64,000 nucleotides of DNA from positions 96,001-160,000 of the forward strand of contig JAULAX010000007.1 of assembly GCA_032654565.1 (NCBI GenBank), read 5' to 3'. Position 1 is the first letter of the stretch, and each line of letters opens with the position of its first letter. Below, piece after piece: positions 9,276 to 21,715 of the stretch. The notes under the pieces are model-generated. The model made no database searches, was not told where the DNA came from, and saw only the letters and a program-made list of their open reading frames with translations. A program made the translations under genes and the position numbers. The stretch is from Anaeromyxobacteraceae bacterium (lineage in GTDB: Bacteria > Myxococcota > Myxococcia > Myxococcales > Anaeromyxobacteraceae).

Positions 9276-10238
9276 ATGACCAGACCGACCCAGCTCCACG
9301 TCGTCTTCGGCGCCGGCCAGGTCGGGCCGCCGCTGGCCCGCCAGCTGGTCGCCGCCGGCCACCGGGTCCGGCTGGTGCGCCGCTCCCCCGCCCCGGTCAC
9401 CATCCCCGGCGTCGAGGCGGTCCGGGCCGACGCCAGCGATCCGGCCGCGGCGGCCGAGGCGGCGCGCGGCGCCACCGCCGTCTACCACTGCATGAACGTG
9501 GCCTACTCCACGGCGCGCTGGACGGCCGAGCTGCCCCCCATCCTCGAGAGCCTGATCGCCGCCGCCGGCCGCGCCCAGGCGCGCCTGGTGGTGCTCGACA
9601 ACCTCTACGCCCTCGGCAAGCCGGGCGGCCGCGTCCTCACCGAGGAGACCCCCTTCAACCCCTGCTCCAGGAAGGGGGAGCTCCGGGCCAGGCTCCACCA
9701 GCAGCTGGAGGCGGCGGTGCGGCGCGGCGACGTCCAGGCGGTCACCGGCCGGGCCGCCGACTTCTATGGCCCCGGCGGCGTCCAGACCCTCTTCGCCGAC
9801 CGCTTCTGGCCGGCGGCGCTGGCCGGCAAGCCGGCGGCCATGATCGTGCCGCTCGACACGCCGCACACCTACCACTTCCTCCCCGACGTGGCGGCCGGGC
9901 TGGCGAAGCTGGGGCAGGATCCGGCGGCCACCGGCACCTTCATGCTCCCCTGCCAGCCGGCCGAGTCGACGCAGGCGCTGGTGGGCCGCCTGGCCGCCGC
10001 GCTGGGGCGCCCCATCACCGCGACCCGGATGTCGCCGCTGCTGCTGCGCGGGCTCGGCCTCTTCATGCCCATCCTCCGCGAGCTGGCCGAGATGGCCTAC
10101 CAGTGGGACGAGCGGTTCGAGGTGGACGACGCCCGGTTCCGGGCCCGCTACGGCAACCTGGCCGCGCCGCGCGACGAGGCGGCCCGGCAGACGGTGGCCT
10201 GGGGGCGCGCGGCCTTCGGCGGCGCCGCCGGGCGCTAG
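9276..10238 (+). CDS. NAD-dependent epimerase/dehydratase family protein
   Basis: VVFGAGQVG Rossmann motif, DNLY and DFYGPG. Confidence 0.85.
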   Translation: MTRPTQLHVVFGAGQVGPPLARQLVAAGHRVRLVRRSPAPVTIPGVEAVRADASDPAAAAEAARGATAVYHCMNVAYSTARWTAELPPILESLIAAAGRAQARLVVLDNLYALGKPGGRVLTEETPFNPCSRKGELRARLHQQLEAAVRRGDVQAVTGRAADFYGPGGVQTLFADRFWPAALAGKPAAMIVPLDTPHTYHFLPDVAAGLAKLGQDPAATGTFMLPCQPAESTQALVGRLAAALGRPITATRMSPLLLRGLGLFMPILRELAEMAYQWDERFEVDDARFRARYGNLAAPRDEAARQTVAWGRAAFGGAAGR

Positions 10239-11179
10239 CGTCCCGGGGCCGCCACCAGCGCCAGCCCCTCGTAGAGCAGGTGCGCCGCCAGGTGGCTGGT
10301 GAGGTCGGCGTGGTCGAGCGGCGGGCAGACCTCGACCAGATCCATGCCCACCAGCCTCACCCCGAACAGGCCGCGCACCAGGGCCAGCGCCTCGCGCGAG
10401 GTGAGCCCGCCGGGGACCGGCGTGCCGGTGCCCGGGGCGAAGGCCGGGTCGACGGCGTCGACGTCGAAGGAGAGGTAGACCGGCCGGTCGCCGACGGCGT
10501 GGCGGATGCCGGCGGCCACCGCCCCGGCCCCCAGCGCGGCCACCTCGTCGGCGCTGGTGATCCGGGCCCCGTGCTCGGCCCCGACCAGCCCGTCGTCGGC
10601 GCCGCCCCAGGGACCGCGCAGCCCCACCTGGTGGAGGTGGCCGGGGAGGATCAGCCCTTCCTCGATGGCGTGGCGGAAGGGGGTGCCGTGGTGGAAGGGC
10701 TCGCCCCAGGTGGCCGGGCCGCTGGTGTCGAGGTGGGCGTCGACGTGGACCACCGCCACCGGCCCGTGGACCCTGGCGGCCGCCCGCAGCGCCGGCAGGG
10801 CGATGGAGTGGTCGCCGCCGACCAGGAACGGCGCCGCCCCGGCCCGGTGGACCGCCAGCGCGTCGGCCTCGATCCGCTCGCGCACCGCGGCGGCGGCGAA
10901 GGGCGGGAAGAGCAGGTTGCCGCCGTCCACCGCGCCGGTCCGGTCGAAGACCTCGAGCCGGTGGACCGGGTGCCAGCCCTGCACGAAGGCGCTGACCCGC
11001 CGGACGTGGAAGGGGGCGAAGCGGGCCCCGGGCATGGCGGTGGTGCCGCCGTCGTAGGGGACGCCGAGCAGGACGGCGCGGGTCCCGGCCGGGAGCGGGT
11101 CGGGCCGCACCGCCAGCGGCAGCCGGAAGAACGGGGTCTGGCCGTGGGAGAGGTACTCCTGCGCCGACTGCTGGCTCAT
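10235..11179 (-). CDS. speB: Agmatinase-like ureohydrolase
   Basis: GARFAP, GGDHS, DAHLD and SFDVDAVDPAFAPGTGTP motifs; substrate not certain. Confidence 0.8.
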   Translation of the reverse strand: MSQQSAQEYLSHGQTPFFRLPLAVRPDPLPAGTRAVLLGVPYDGGTTAMPGARFAPFHVRRVSAFVQGWHPVHRLEVFDRTGAVDGGNLLFPPFAAAAVRERIEADALAVHRAGAAPFLVGGDHSIALPALRAAARVHGPVAVVHVDAHLDTSGPATWGEPFHHGTPFRHAIEEGLILPGHLHQVGLRGPWGGADDGLVGAEHGARITSADEVAALGAGAVAAGIRHAVGDRPVYLSFDVDAVDPAFAPGTGTPVPGGLTSREALALVRGLFGVRLVGMDLVEVCPPLDHADLTSHLAAHLLYEGLALVAAPGR

Positions 11180-11186
11180 GGCGCGC

Positions 11187-11942
11187 TCACCCGGCCTCCA
11201 GCAGGGCCAGCACCCGCTCGCGGACGGCGGCGGCGAGCGCCCCGGCGTCGGCGTGCTCGTTGGCCGCCACCGGCTCGCCGAAGCGGAGCCGGACCCGCGA
11301 GGCGCCGCGCGCCGCCAGCCGCAGGTAGTGGGGCATGAAGGTGGCGTCGCCGGTCCAGGCCAGGTCGGCGGGGGCGTAGCGCAGCGCCACCGGCACCACC
11401 GGGACGCCCAGCAGCAGCGCCACGCCGAAGAGCCCCTTGTGGAAGCGCAGCACGCCGGCGCCGTCGGTGGTGGTCCCCTCGGGGAAGTTGAGCAGCGAGA
11501 CCTGGCTGCGCAGCGCCTGCTCGGCCTCGCGCAGCACCCGCAGCCCCGAGCCGGGGCGCCCGCGGTCGTGGAAGATGACGCCGAGCCGGCCGGCCAGCGG
11601 CCCGACCACCGGCCAGCCCCGGACGTCGAGCTTGGAGATGGGCGCGCAGGGGGCGTGGGCCGCCACCACGATGGGGTCGAGCCAGCTGACGTGGTTGCAG
11701 GCCAGCAGCGCCGGGCCGATGGGTGGCAGGCCGTCCACCGCCACCTCGATGCCGTGGGTGCGGAGCACGGCGCGGCAGCCGTCGCGCAGGGCCCGGGCCT
11801 GCTCCCGAGGCCGGCCACCGCTGCGTCGGATCCCTCCGGCCCGGACCGCGACCACGGCGGCGGTGGCGCCAGTGAGGGCCAGCCGGGTCCCGGCCCGGAG
11901 CACCCCGGCGCCGCCGCTGGCGACGCCGTCCAGGGTGGCCAT
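11187..11942 (-). CDS. PlsC/OlsA-family lysophospholipid acyltransferase
   Basis: NHVSWLD (HX4D) and FPEGTT motifs. Confidence 0.9.
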   Translation of the reverse strand: MATLDGVASGGAGVLRAGTRLALTGATAAVVAVRAGGIRRSGGRPREQARALRDGCRAVLRTHGIEVAVDGLPPIGPALLACNHVSWLDPIVVAAHAPCAPISKLDVRGWPVVGPLAGRLGVIFHDRGRPGSGLRVLREAEQALRSQVSLLNFPEGTTTDGAGVLRFHKGLFGVALLLGVPVVPVALRYAPADLAWTGDATFMPHYLRLAARGASRVRLRFGEPVAANEHADAGALAAAVRERVLALLEAG

Positions 11943-12466
11943 CAGGCGACCTCCTGCAGCGACTCGCGGTCGACCAGGCCGAGCCGCTCCATCCGGCCGC
12001 GCAGGGCCTCGAAGCCGGACCGGTCGATGCGCGAGACCAGCCGCCGGTCGCCGGGGCCGTAGAAGTCGTCGCGGAAGCCGAGCTCGGTGGCGCCCAGCGC
12101 CTTGTGCAGCGAGCGGGCGGCCAGGTTCTCCTCCTTGACCGTGAACCAGCAGCTCTCCACCCGGCTGGAGAGCCCGCCGATGAGCGCCCGCAGCAGCTGG
12201 ACCGCCACCCGGGAGCCCTGCCGCCCCGGCGCCACCGCCAGCGTGGTGCAGTAGGCCTCGTCCCCCTTCACGAAGCAGAGCACGTACCCGACGATGCGGC
12301 CGTCCTCGACCGCGGCGAAGCAGGTCTCGGTGAAGAACTCGCAGCAGAGCCGGACGTAGTAGGCGCCCAGCACCCCCTCGCCGGCGGCGCCGAAGACCTC
12401 CTCCTCCAGCCGCATCAGCTCGGTGAAGTCGCCGTTCCGCAGTGGCCTGATCTCGCGTCGCGCCAT
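11942..12466 (-). CDS. GNAT-family N-acyltransferase
   Basis: [14 protein letters not shown] motif A and [13 protein letters not shown] motif B; GAGGAG RBS; stop overlaps the next start. Confidence 0.85.
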   Translation of the reverse strand: MARREIRPLRNGDFTELMRLEEEVFGAAGEGVLGAYYVRLCCEFFTETCFAAVEDGRIVGYVLCFVKGDEAYCTTLAVAPGRQGSRVAVQLLRALIGGLSSRVESCWFTVKEENLAARSLHKALGATELGFRDDFYGPGDRRLVSRIDRSGFEALRGRMERLGLVDRESLQEVA

Positions 12467-12659
12467 CTGGTTCCTCCTCGGGTGCCCGCGTGGTGCCGTG
12501 CCTCCGCCACCGGGACCTGCGCAGGGTGCCGGGGCCGGGTGGCGCTTCGGTCGCGGTCCTGCGACGGACCGGAAACGGCGGAATCGTTCACGCGGCCGCC
12601 ATCCCCCGGCCCTGCTCCCGTCACCGGGCCGGGGTGGAATGCCCCCCAAGGGAGACCAC

Positions 12660-13442
12660 GTGACTCGAACCCTCGCCCACCTGTCGGACCTGCACCTGGG
12701 ACGGAGCGACGCCGACACCGCCGGGCTGCGGCGGGCGGTGCGGGCGCTCGTCGAGGCCGGCGTGGACCACGTGGTGGTGACCGGTGACCTCACCGACGGT
12801 GGCACCTTCGACCAGCTGGCCACCTTCCGGCGGCTCACCGCCCCGCTGGACGGCCGCCTCACCGTGGTGCCGGGGAACCACGACCGGCTCGGCGAGGACG
12901 CCGCCCGCTTGATGATGCGCGGCCGGGTGGCCACCGAGCAGCGCGACGGCCTCTTGCTGGTCCGGGTCGACTCCACCGCGCCGCACAACCGCCGCTGGCT
13001 CGACGCCTACGGCCAGCTCACCTCCAGCGACCTCGACGACATCGAAGCCGCGCTCGACCGTGCCCCGGCCCGCGTGCTCGTGGCGGTGCTCCTCCATCAC
13101 CACGTGCACCGGCTGCCGGGGGACGACCTCTGGGAGAGCCTGTCGGCCATGGTCGGCCTCCCCTTCACCGAGGAGCTGCGCCACGGCCCGGCCCTGCTGC
13201 GCCGGCTCCACGGCCGCTGCGACCTGGTGCTCCACGGCCACCGCCACGTTCCGGCCGAGCTGGTGCTGGGGCGTGAGTCGGACCGCCCGCTGCGGGTGGT
13301 CAACGCCGGCAGCAGCACCGGCCTGGGGCGCAGCCGGGTCTTCTCGCACCGGGACGGCCTGCTCACCGGCGAGGGCTGGCTGGTCCACGGCGCGGCGCAC
13401 CCGGTCGAGGCGCGTGGCCCCGACCTGGTGGCCGCGGCGTAG
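12660..13442 (+). CDS. Calcineurin-like metallophosphoesterase
   Basis: SDLH, TGDLTD, PGNHD and HGHRH motifs; GGAG RBS before the GTG. Confidence 0.9.
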   Translation: MTRTLAHLSDLHLGRSDADTAGLRRAVRALVEAGVDHVVVTGDLTDGGTFDQLATFRRLTAPLDGRLTVVPGNHDRLGEDAARLMMRGRVATEQRDGLLLVRVDSTAPHNRRWLDAYGQLTSSDLDDIEAALDRAPARVLVAVLLHHHVHRLPGDDLWESLSAMVGLPFTEELRHGPALLRRLHGRCDLVLHGHRHVPAELVLGRESDRPLRVVNAGSSTGLGRSRVFSHRDGLLTGEGWLVHGAAHPVEARGPDLVAAA

Positions 13443-13446
13443 CCCC

Positions 13447-14388
13447 CTACCGCCCCAGCTGCTCCACCAGGCGCGCCGCCACCCGGGCGGTGCGGCCGTC
13501 GACGTCGAGGCGCGGGTTGAGCTCCGCCACCTCGCCCAGCGCCAGCTTGCCGCTGGCCACCACGGTGTCCACCAGCGCCTCGACCACCTCCTGCGCCACG
13601 CCGCGCGGCGCCGGCGCCGAGACCCCGGGGGCCAGCGCGGCCGGCAGCACGTCGAGGTCGACGGTGAGGTGGACCCGGTCCACGGTGGCCAGGAAGGCGG
13701 CCAGCTCGGCGCTGGCCTCGTCGAGCCGCGACGGGGTCATGGCCCGGTCGCGCCGCCAGCCGGCGCCGAGGCGGCGGGCGGTGTCGAAGAGCGCCTCGGT
13801 GTTGGAGCCCTCGTCGACGCCGAGGCAGAGGTAGCGGAACGGCCAGCCGCGGGCGGCGCACTGCTCGGCGATCTGGCGGAAGGGGGTGCCGGAGCTGGCG
13901 CGGCCGGCCCGCAGGTCGAGGTGGGCGTCCAGGTTGACCACCCCGACCACCGGGGCCCGGCCGCCGGCGCGGCGCGCCAGGTGCTCGGCGAGCCCGGCGA
14001 AGCTGCCGGCCGCCACCTCGTGGCCGCCGCCCACCACCACCGGCCGGTGGCCGGCGTCGAGCAGCCGGGTCACCGCCAGCGCCAGCTCGGCCTGCCCTTC
14101 CTCGAGCCGGTCTCCCTCCACCACCACGTCGCCGGCGTCCCAGGCCGGGGCGGTGCGGCGCCAGGCCAGGTTGGCGAGGGCGCGGCGGAGCGCCGCCGGA
14201 CCGTCGGCGGCCCCGGGCCGGCCGTGGTTGCGCGCCACCCCGGCGTCGCAGGCGAAGCCGAGCAGCGCCATCCCCGGGGCGGCGCCGTCGAGCAGCGGGC
14301 GGACGGCCTGGTGCCAGCGGAGCGCCCGCGGCCCCTCCTCGAGATCGGCGCGGCCGGTCCAGGCGGCCGGGTCAGCGGTTCGGTGCAT
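13447..14388 (-). CDS. hutG: Formimidoylglutamase
   Basis: WTGRAD, RNHGRPGAADGP, GGGHE, DAHLDLR and SSGTPF motifs; hut operon context. Confidence 0.93.
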   Translation of the reverse strand: MHRTADPAAWTGRADLEEGPRALRWHQAVRPLLDGAAPGMALLGFACDAGVARNHGRPGAADGPAALRRALANLAWRRTAPAWDAGDVVVEGDRLEEGQAELALAVTRLLDAGHRPVVVGGGHEVAAGSFAGLAEHLARRAGGRAPVVGVVNLDAHLDLRAGRASSGTPFRQIAEQCAARGWPFRYLCLGVDEGSNTEALFDTARRLGAGWRRDRAMTPSRLDEASAELAAFLATVDRVHLTVDLDVLPAALAPGVSAPAPRGVAQEVVEALVDTVVASGKLALGEVAELNPRLDVDGRTARVAARLVEQLGR

Positions 14389-15603
14389 GGTCGGGTCTCC
14401 CGGCGACGAAGCGGTTGGCCAGCGAGGATGGCCCCAGCCGGGCGGCCAGCTCGGCCGGGTGGTCGGCGTTCCAGAGGGCCAGGTCGGCGCGCAGCCCGAC
14501 CACCAGCGCGCCCCGGTCGGCCAGGCCGAGGGCCCGGGCGGCGTGGCGGGTGGCGCCGGCCAGCGCCTCGGCCGGGGTCAGGCCGAAGAGCGTGCAGCCG
14601 AGGTTCATGGCGGTGGTGAGCGAGGCCAGCGGCGAGGTGCCGGGGTTGCAGTCGGTGGCCACCGCCATGGGGACGCCGGCGGCGCGCAGCGCGGCCACCG
14701 GCGGGGGATGGGTCTCGCGCAGGTGGAGGAAGGCGCCAGGCAGCAGCACCGCCACCGTCGGCGAGGCGGCCAGCGCCCGCACCCCGTCGGCGGAGAGGCG
14801 CTCCAGGTGATCGGCGGAGAGGGCCCGGTGGCGGGCCGCCAGCGCCGCCCCCCCGGAGTCGGAGCGCTGCTCGGCGTGCAGCTTCACCGGGAGGCCGTGC
14901 CGCGCCGCCGCCACGAAGAGCCGCTCCACCTGGGCCGGCGTGAAGGCGAAGGGCTCGCAGTAGGCGTCGACGGCGTCGGCCAGCCCGGCCGCCGCCACCG
15001 CCGGCAGCAGCTCGGCGATGACCAGGTCGAGCCAGGCCTCGGGGCGCCCGGCCAGCTCGGGCGGCACGGCGTGGGCGCCGAGGAAGGTGGCGCGGACCGT
15101 GACCGGCAGCAGCTCGCCGAGCCGGCGGGCCACCCGCAGCTGCTTCAGCTCGGTGTCGAGGTCGAGCCCGTAGCCGCTCTTCACCTCCACGGTGGTGACG
15201 CCGTCGCGCAGCAGGGCCTCCAGGCGCGGCCGGCTCTGCCGCAGCAGCGTGGCCTCGTCGGCGGCGCGGGTGGCGGCCACCGTGGCGAGGATGCCGCCCC
15301 CGGCCCGGGCCAGCGCCTCGTAGCTGGCCCCCTGCAGCCGCCGCTCGAACTCGGCGGCGCGGTGGCCGGCGTGGACCAGGTGGGTGTGGCTGTCGATGAG
15401 GCCGGGGGTGAGGAGGCGCCCCTCGGCGTCGAGCTCGACCGCCGCGGTGGCGCCGGCCGGCAGCGCCGCCTCCGGGCCGACGAAGGCGATGCGGCCGTCG
15501 CGGACCGCCAGCGCCCCGGGCGTCGCCTCGCCGGGGGGCGCGCCGGGGGCCTGCGTGGCCAGCCGCGCCGAGCGGATCAGCAGGTCCCAGGCGGCGGGCC
15601 GGT

Positions 15604-15607
<4 letters not shown>
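14372..15607 (-). CDS. hutI: Imidazolonepropionase
   Basis: [17 protein letters not shown] and [10 protein letters not shown] motifs. Confidence 0.95.
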
Positions 15608-17280
<1,673 letters not shown>

Positions 17281-17291
17281 GGCCAGCGCGC

Positions 17292-17984
17292 CTAGAGCTG
17301 CCCGGTGAGCCGGTAGCGGCTCCCCGGGTACCAGAGGTTGGCCACCGAGGCGGCGCGGCCGCGCGAGAAGGTGCAGCGGTGCAGCAGCAGGCAGGGCTCG
17401 CCGGCCGGGAGCTCCAGGGCCTCGCCGGTGGTGTCGTCGGGGATGCGCGCCTCGATCCGGTAGTCGACGCGGGCCAGCGGCGCCACCCGCATCAGGTACT
17501 CGCTGGGCGTGATGCGGGAGAAGTCCTGCTCCAGGTAGGCGGGGGCGGCGCCCGGGACCACCCAGCGCTCCTCCAGCTGCACCGGCACCCCGTCGGCCCT
17601 GTGCAGCAGCACCGAGAGGTAGAGCGGCTCGCCCTCGGGCAACCCCAGCTCGGCGGCCAGCGGCTTGTCGGCGTGGACCACGGCGTGGGTCCGCACCTCG
17701 GTGGTGTGCACCCCGCCCCGCCAGCGGATCTCGTCGGAGATGGAGCGGATCTCCACCAGCGTCGCCTCGTGGCGCGGCGGGGCCACGAAGGTGCCGCTCC
17801 CCGGGGTGCGGACCAGCAGGTGGGCGGCGGTCAGCTCGCGCACCGCCCGGTTGACGGTCATGCGCGCCACCTTGAAGCGGCGGGCCAGCTCCGGCTCGGA
17901 GGGGATGCGGTCGCCCTCGCGCCACTCGCCGGCCTCGATGCGCTCGTGCAGCCAGGCCTTGATGCGCTGGTAGGCGGGGATCAT
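17292..17984 (-). CDS. hutC: Histidine utilization repressor (GntR/UTRA)
   Basis: [24 protein letters not shown] plus UTRA domain; ATGA overlap with hutH. Confidence 0.93.
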   Translation of the reverse strand: MIPAYQRIKAWLHERIEAGEWREGDRIPSEPELARRFKVARMTVNRAVRELTAAHLLVRTPGSGTFVAPPRHEATLVEIRSISDEIRWRGGVHTTEVRTHAVVHADKPLAAELGLPEGEPLYLSVLLHRADGVPVQLEERWVVPGAAPAYLEQDFSRITPSEYLMRVAPLARVDYRIEARIPDDTTGEALELPAGEPCLLLHRCTFSRGRAASVANLWYPGSRYRLTGQL

Positions 17985-19507
17985 GGGGTCTCCAGGGAGG
18001 CCAGCGCCAGCGGCGCGTGGGCGGCCACCGCCGCCGCCTGCACCAGCCCCTGGATGGCGGCGATGTCCGGCGCGAAGTAGTGGTCGAGGTCGTAGTGGGC
18101 CACCCGGCCGCGGATCAGCCGCAGCACCTCGCGCAGCCGCGGGCTGGTGACGCTGGGGGCGCGCAGCTCCACCCCCTGGGCCGCGGCCAGCAGCTCGATG
18201 GCCAGGATGGCGGCGGTGTTCTCGGCCATGTCGCCCAGCTTGCGGGCCGCGAAGGTGGCCATGGAGACGTGGTCCTCCTGGTTGGCCGAGGTGGGGAGCG
18301 AGTCGACCGAGGCGGGGTGGGCCAGCAGCTTGTTCTCCGAGGCCAGCGCCGCGGCGGTGACGTGGGCGATCATGAAGCCGGAGTTGACGCCCCCGTCGCG
18401 GACCAGGAAGGGGGGCAGGCCGGAGAGGGTGGCGTCGATGAGCAGGGCGATGCGCCGCTCCGCCAGCGCCCCGATCTCGGCCACCGCCAGCGCCAGGTTG
18501 TCGGCGGCGAAGGCCACCGGCTCGGCGTGGAAGTTGCCGCCGGAGAGCACCTCCAGGGTGTCGGGGAAGACCAGCGGGTTGTCGGTGACGCCGTTGGCCT
18601 CGCGCAGCAGCACCCCGGCCGAGTGGCGGGCCTGGTCGAGGCAGGCCCCCATCACCTGCGGCTGGCAGCGCAGGCTGTAGGGGTCCTGCACCTTGCCGCA
18701 GTCGCGGTGGCTGACGTTGATCTCCGAGCCCTCCAGCAGCGCCCGGTAGCTGGCGGCCACCTCGATCTGCCCGGGCTGGCCGCGCAGGGCGTGGATGCGG
18801 GCGTCGAAGGGGTGGACCGAGCCGGCGGCGGCGTCCACCGAGAGCGCCCCCGAGACCAGCGCCGTCCGCAGCAGGTCCTCGATGTCGAAGAGGTGGAGCA
18901 GGGCCAGCGCCGTGGAGGCCTGGGTGCCGTTGAGCAGCGCCAGCCCCTCCTTGGCCGCCAGGGTGAGCGGCGCCAGGCCGGCCCGCCGCAGCCCCTCCAC
19001 CGCCGGCAGCCGCTCCTCGCCCACGGTGACCTCGCCGATGCCGAGCAGCACCACCGCCAGGTGGGCCAGCGGCGCGAGATCCCCCGAGGCGCCCACCGAC
19101 CCCTTCTCCGGGATCACCGGCAGCACCCCGGCGGCCAGCAGCTTGAGCAGCGCCTCGATCACCACCCGCCGCACGCCGGAGTGGCCGCGCGCCAGGCTGG
19201 CCACCTTGAGGGCGATGATCAGCCGCACCACCGGCGCCGCGAACGGCTTGCCCACGCCGACGGCGTGGGAGAGCACCAGGTTGCGCTGCAGCAGCTCGAG
19301 CTGGTCGTCGGGGATGTGCGTCGAGGCCAGGCGGCCGAAGCCGGTGTTGATCCCGTAGGCCGGCTGGCCGCGCCGGACGATGGCCTGGACCGCCGCCGCC
19401 CCCGCCTCGACCACCGGCCAGGCCGCGGCCTCGAGCTCGATCGGCTGCGGGGCGCGGGCGATGGCGCGGAGCTGTGCGAGGGTGAGCCGGCCGGGGGACA
19501 GGATCAT
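17981..19507 (-). CDS. hutH: Histidine ammonia-lyase
   Basis: [22 protein letters not shown] (MIO-forming ASG), QDPYSLRC and NQEDHVSM motifs. Confidence 0.97.
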   Translation of the reverse strand: MILSPGRLTLAQLRAIARAPQPIELEAAAWPVVEAGAAAVQAIVRRGQPAYGINTGFGRLASTHIPDDQLELLQRNLVLSHAVGVGKPFAAPVVRLIIALKVASLARGHSGVRRVVIEALLKLLAAGVLPVIPEKGSVGASGDLAPLAHLAVVLLGIGEVTVGEERLPAVEGLRRAGLAPLTLAAKEGLALLNGTQASTALALLHLFDIEDLLRTALVSGALSVDAAAGSVHPFDARIHALRGQPGQIEVAASYRALLEGSEINVSHRDCGKVQDPYSLRCQPQVMGACLDQARHSAGVLLREANGVTDNPLVFPDTLEVLSGGNFHAEPVAFAADNLALAVAEIGALAERRIALLIDATLSGLPPFLVRDGGVNSGFMIAHVTAAALASENKLLAHPASVDSLPTSANQEDHVSMATFAARKLGDMAENTAAILAIELLAAAQGVELRAPSVTSPRLREVLRLIRGRVAHYDLDHYFAPDIAAIQGLVQAAAVAAHAPLALASLETP

Positions 19508-19531
19508 GCCGACAAGGGTAGATCCCCCGGA

Positions 19532-19545
19532 TCTGTCTAGACAAG
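19532..19545. promoter_or_regulatory. HutC operator
   Basis: Perfect palindrome TGTCTAGACA (19534-19543) about 27 nt upstream of hutH; resembles the TGT-N4-ACA HutC sites of proteobacterial hut operons. Confidence 0.75.
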
Positions 19546-19608
19546 GCCCCCCGTCGAATCAGGGCGCCGCTCGCCTGGCCCGGCCCGTCGCGGGTGGCGC
19601 TCTCAGGC

Positions 19609-20208
19609 TCAGGCCCGGGCGCCGCCGCCCGCCACCATGAAGCCGCCCGGCTCGAGGCCGAGCCGGCGCACCGCCTGCTCCCAGCGCTCGCCGTGCGGCA
19701 CCTCGAAGACCAGGTCCTCGTGGAGCGGCAGCGGGAGCCAGGCCCCCTCGGTCACCTCGTGCTCCACCTGCATGGGCGCCCAGCCGGCGTAGCCGAGCAT
19801 GAGCAGGAAGGGGCCGCCGCCCGGGGCCCGGACCAGCGCCTCGAGCAGCTCGCGCGAGCCGCCCAGCGCCAGGCCGTGGCCGATGCGGGGGGCGTCCTCC
19901 TCGGCGGGCACCTCGCCGGGCCGGTAGAGGATCCAGAGCCGGTCGGGCTGCACCGGGCCGCCCACCATCACCTGGCCGCCGGCCCGCCCGTGGCGGACGG
20001 CGTCGCTGGCCAGCGCCGGATCGAGCCCGCGCAGCACCTCCTCGACGGCGATGGGTCCGGGGCGGTTGACCACGAAGCCGAGCGCCCCCTCGGCGTGGTG
20101 CTCGGCCATCAGCACCAGCGAGCCGTCGAAGTTGGGGTCGCCCAGCGTCGGCGAGGCGACGAGGAGTCCGGGGGCGAGGCCGGCGGGGAGCGGGGCGGTC
20201 TGGACCAT
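19609..20208 (-). CDS. YqgE/AlgH family protein
   Basis: DPNFDGSLV, GFVVNRP, GGPV and GYAGWAPMQ motifs. Confidence 0.9.
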   Translation of the reverse strand: MVQTAPLPAGLAPGLLVASPTLGDPNFDGSLVLMAEHHAEGALGFVVNRPGPIAVEEVLRGLDPALASDAVRHGRAGGQVMVGGPVQPDRLWILYRPGEVPAEEDAPRIGHGLALGGSRELLEALVRAPGGGPFLLMLGYAGWAPMQVEHEVTEGAWLPLPLHEDLVFEVPHGERWEQAVRRLGLEPGGFMVAGGGARA

Positions 20209-20338
20209 CGCTCCTATCTTCCCGGGTGCGCGGTGGCGCGCAACCCTCGATGCGGGGGGCCGTGCTAGGAAATCGAGGGTGGCTCACCAGGAGGAGGGTG
20301 CCAGGGGTGGAGCGGCGACGCCGCGGGCGTCGCGGCCC

Positions 20339-20914
20339 ATGACCGGCGAGGCGACCGGGCCGGCGCCGGGCCTCCCCGGCCGCTGGGCGGGGGCGCTGCT
20401 CGGCTTCCCGCCGCCGCACGGCGCGGCGGTGGCGGCGCTGCTGGCCGGCGTGGCCCTGCTGCTCCGCTCCGAGCGGAGCCACGGCTTCCTGGCCGCGGCC
20501 ATCCACGGCTTCGACCTGGTGGTCCACGAGATCGGCCACCCGCTCTTCGGCCTCTTCGGCTGGCGCTTCCTCGCCATCCTCGGCGGCACGCTGCTGCAGC
20601 TGACGCCGCCCCTGGCCGCGGCGGTGGTCTTCTGGCGGCGCGGCCACGCCGCCTCGGTGGCGGTGGCGGTCACCTGGCTGGGCGTGAACCTGGTCAACGT
20701 CGGGCAGTACGCCGCCGACGCCCGGGACCGCGCCCTGCCGCTGGTCAACGCCGACGCCAGCGGCCACGACTGGGGGAACATGCTCGGCGCCCTGGGGCTG
20801 GTCGAGCAGGGGCAGGCCATCGGCGGCGCCATCGGCGCGCTGGGCTGGACGCTGCAGCTGCTCGGGCCGGCCTGGGCGGCGGCGCTCTGGCTGCGCGGGC
20901 GGCTGGAGGGGTGA
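20339..20914 (+). CDS. Membrane protein with HExxH motif (M50-like peptidase candidate)
   Basis: VHEIGH within hydrophobic segments and a downstream HDW; start uncertain. Confidence 0.65.
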   Translation: MTGEATGPAPGLPGRWAGALLGFPPPHGAAVAALLAGVALLLRSERSHGFLAAAIHGFDLVVHEIGHPLFGLFGWRFLAILGGTLLQLTPPLAAAVVFWRRGHAASVAVAVTWLGVNLVNVGQYAADARDRALPLVNADASGHDWGNMLGALGLVEQGQAIGGAIGALGWTLQLLGPAWAAALWLRGRLEG

Positions 20915-20953
20915 GGCGCGCCGGCCGGGGAGGGGCCCGGCGACGCGCCCGGC

Positions 20954-21694
20954 TCAGGGGCGCGGCTTGAAGTCGGCGAGCCGGATCACCTGGGTGCCGG
21001 CCGCCGAGTCGCCCAGCCGCCGGCCGCCGGCCGCGGCCAGGGTCACGATGGGCTCGACCAGCCAGCCGACGTAGGGGACCAGGTTGAGCAGGAACATCAC
21101 CAGGTAGCGGATGGACGACTGGCCGCGGTCGCAGGGCAGGTTGGACTGCAGGTGGACCACCATCAGCCCCATCATCTTCTTGCCGATGCTCTGGCCGCCG
21201 GGGCGGCCGTCCTTGGTGAAGGAGTAGTAGAGGGCCCAGAGGGTGCCGGCCACCGCCACCAGGGAGAGCACGATGCCCGCGGGCGTGGAGCCGGCGGCGA
21301 AGGCGGCCACCGCGAAGACCCAGAGCATCCCGGCGGCCGCCGCGGCCAGGCCGTCGACCAGCGCGGCGAGGAAGCGGCCGCCGAGCGGGGCCTTGGGGTA
21401 GAGCGCGCCGGCGCCGGCGCCGGTCAGCACGTCGGCGGCGTAGCTGTTGCCGGAGAAGGGCGGGGCGCCGGTGGGCGCCGCCGGGTACGAGGGCGCCTGG
21501 AGCGGCGGCGGCGCGCCCGCGGGCTGCGCCAGCTCCGCCAGCGTCTCCCAGGGGGCCCAGCCGGCCAGCCCGGCCCGCCAGACCCGCGTCCCCGGGCCGA
21601 TCCGCCCGGAGCGGATCAGCTCGAGCAGCGACGCCTGCCCGACCGGCCCGGTCTGCTGGCCCGCCTGGTCGTAGTACCAACCCACCTCGCTCAT
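20954..21694 (-). CDS. GYF_2 (DUF4339) + RDD domain membrane protein
   Basis: WYY...QQTGP...VWRAGLAGW GYF_2 motif; RFLAALVD, GQSIGKKMMGL and RRLGDSAAGT RDD motifs. Confidence 0.85.
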   Translation of the reverse strand: MSEVGWYYDQAGQQTGPVGQASLLELIRSGRIGPGTRVWRAGLAGWAPWETLAELAQPAGAPPPLQAPSYPAAPTGAPPFSGNSYAADVLTGAGAGALYPKAPLGGRFLAALVDGLAAAAAGMLWVFAVAAFAAGSTPAGIVLSLVAVAGTLWALYYSFTKDGRPGGQSIGKKMMGLMVVHLQSNLPCDRGQSSIRYLVMFLLNLVPYVGWLVEPIVTLAAAGGRRLGDSAAGTQVIRLADFKPRP

Positions 21695-21715
21695 GGTCCG
21701 CTCCTCGCCTTCGGT

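Noticed and set aside
12467..12659. Pho box in the GNAT/phosphoesterase divergent region
   Set aside because: No 11-nt-period GTCA repeats seen, so phosphate regulation is unsupported by the sequence.
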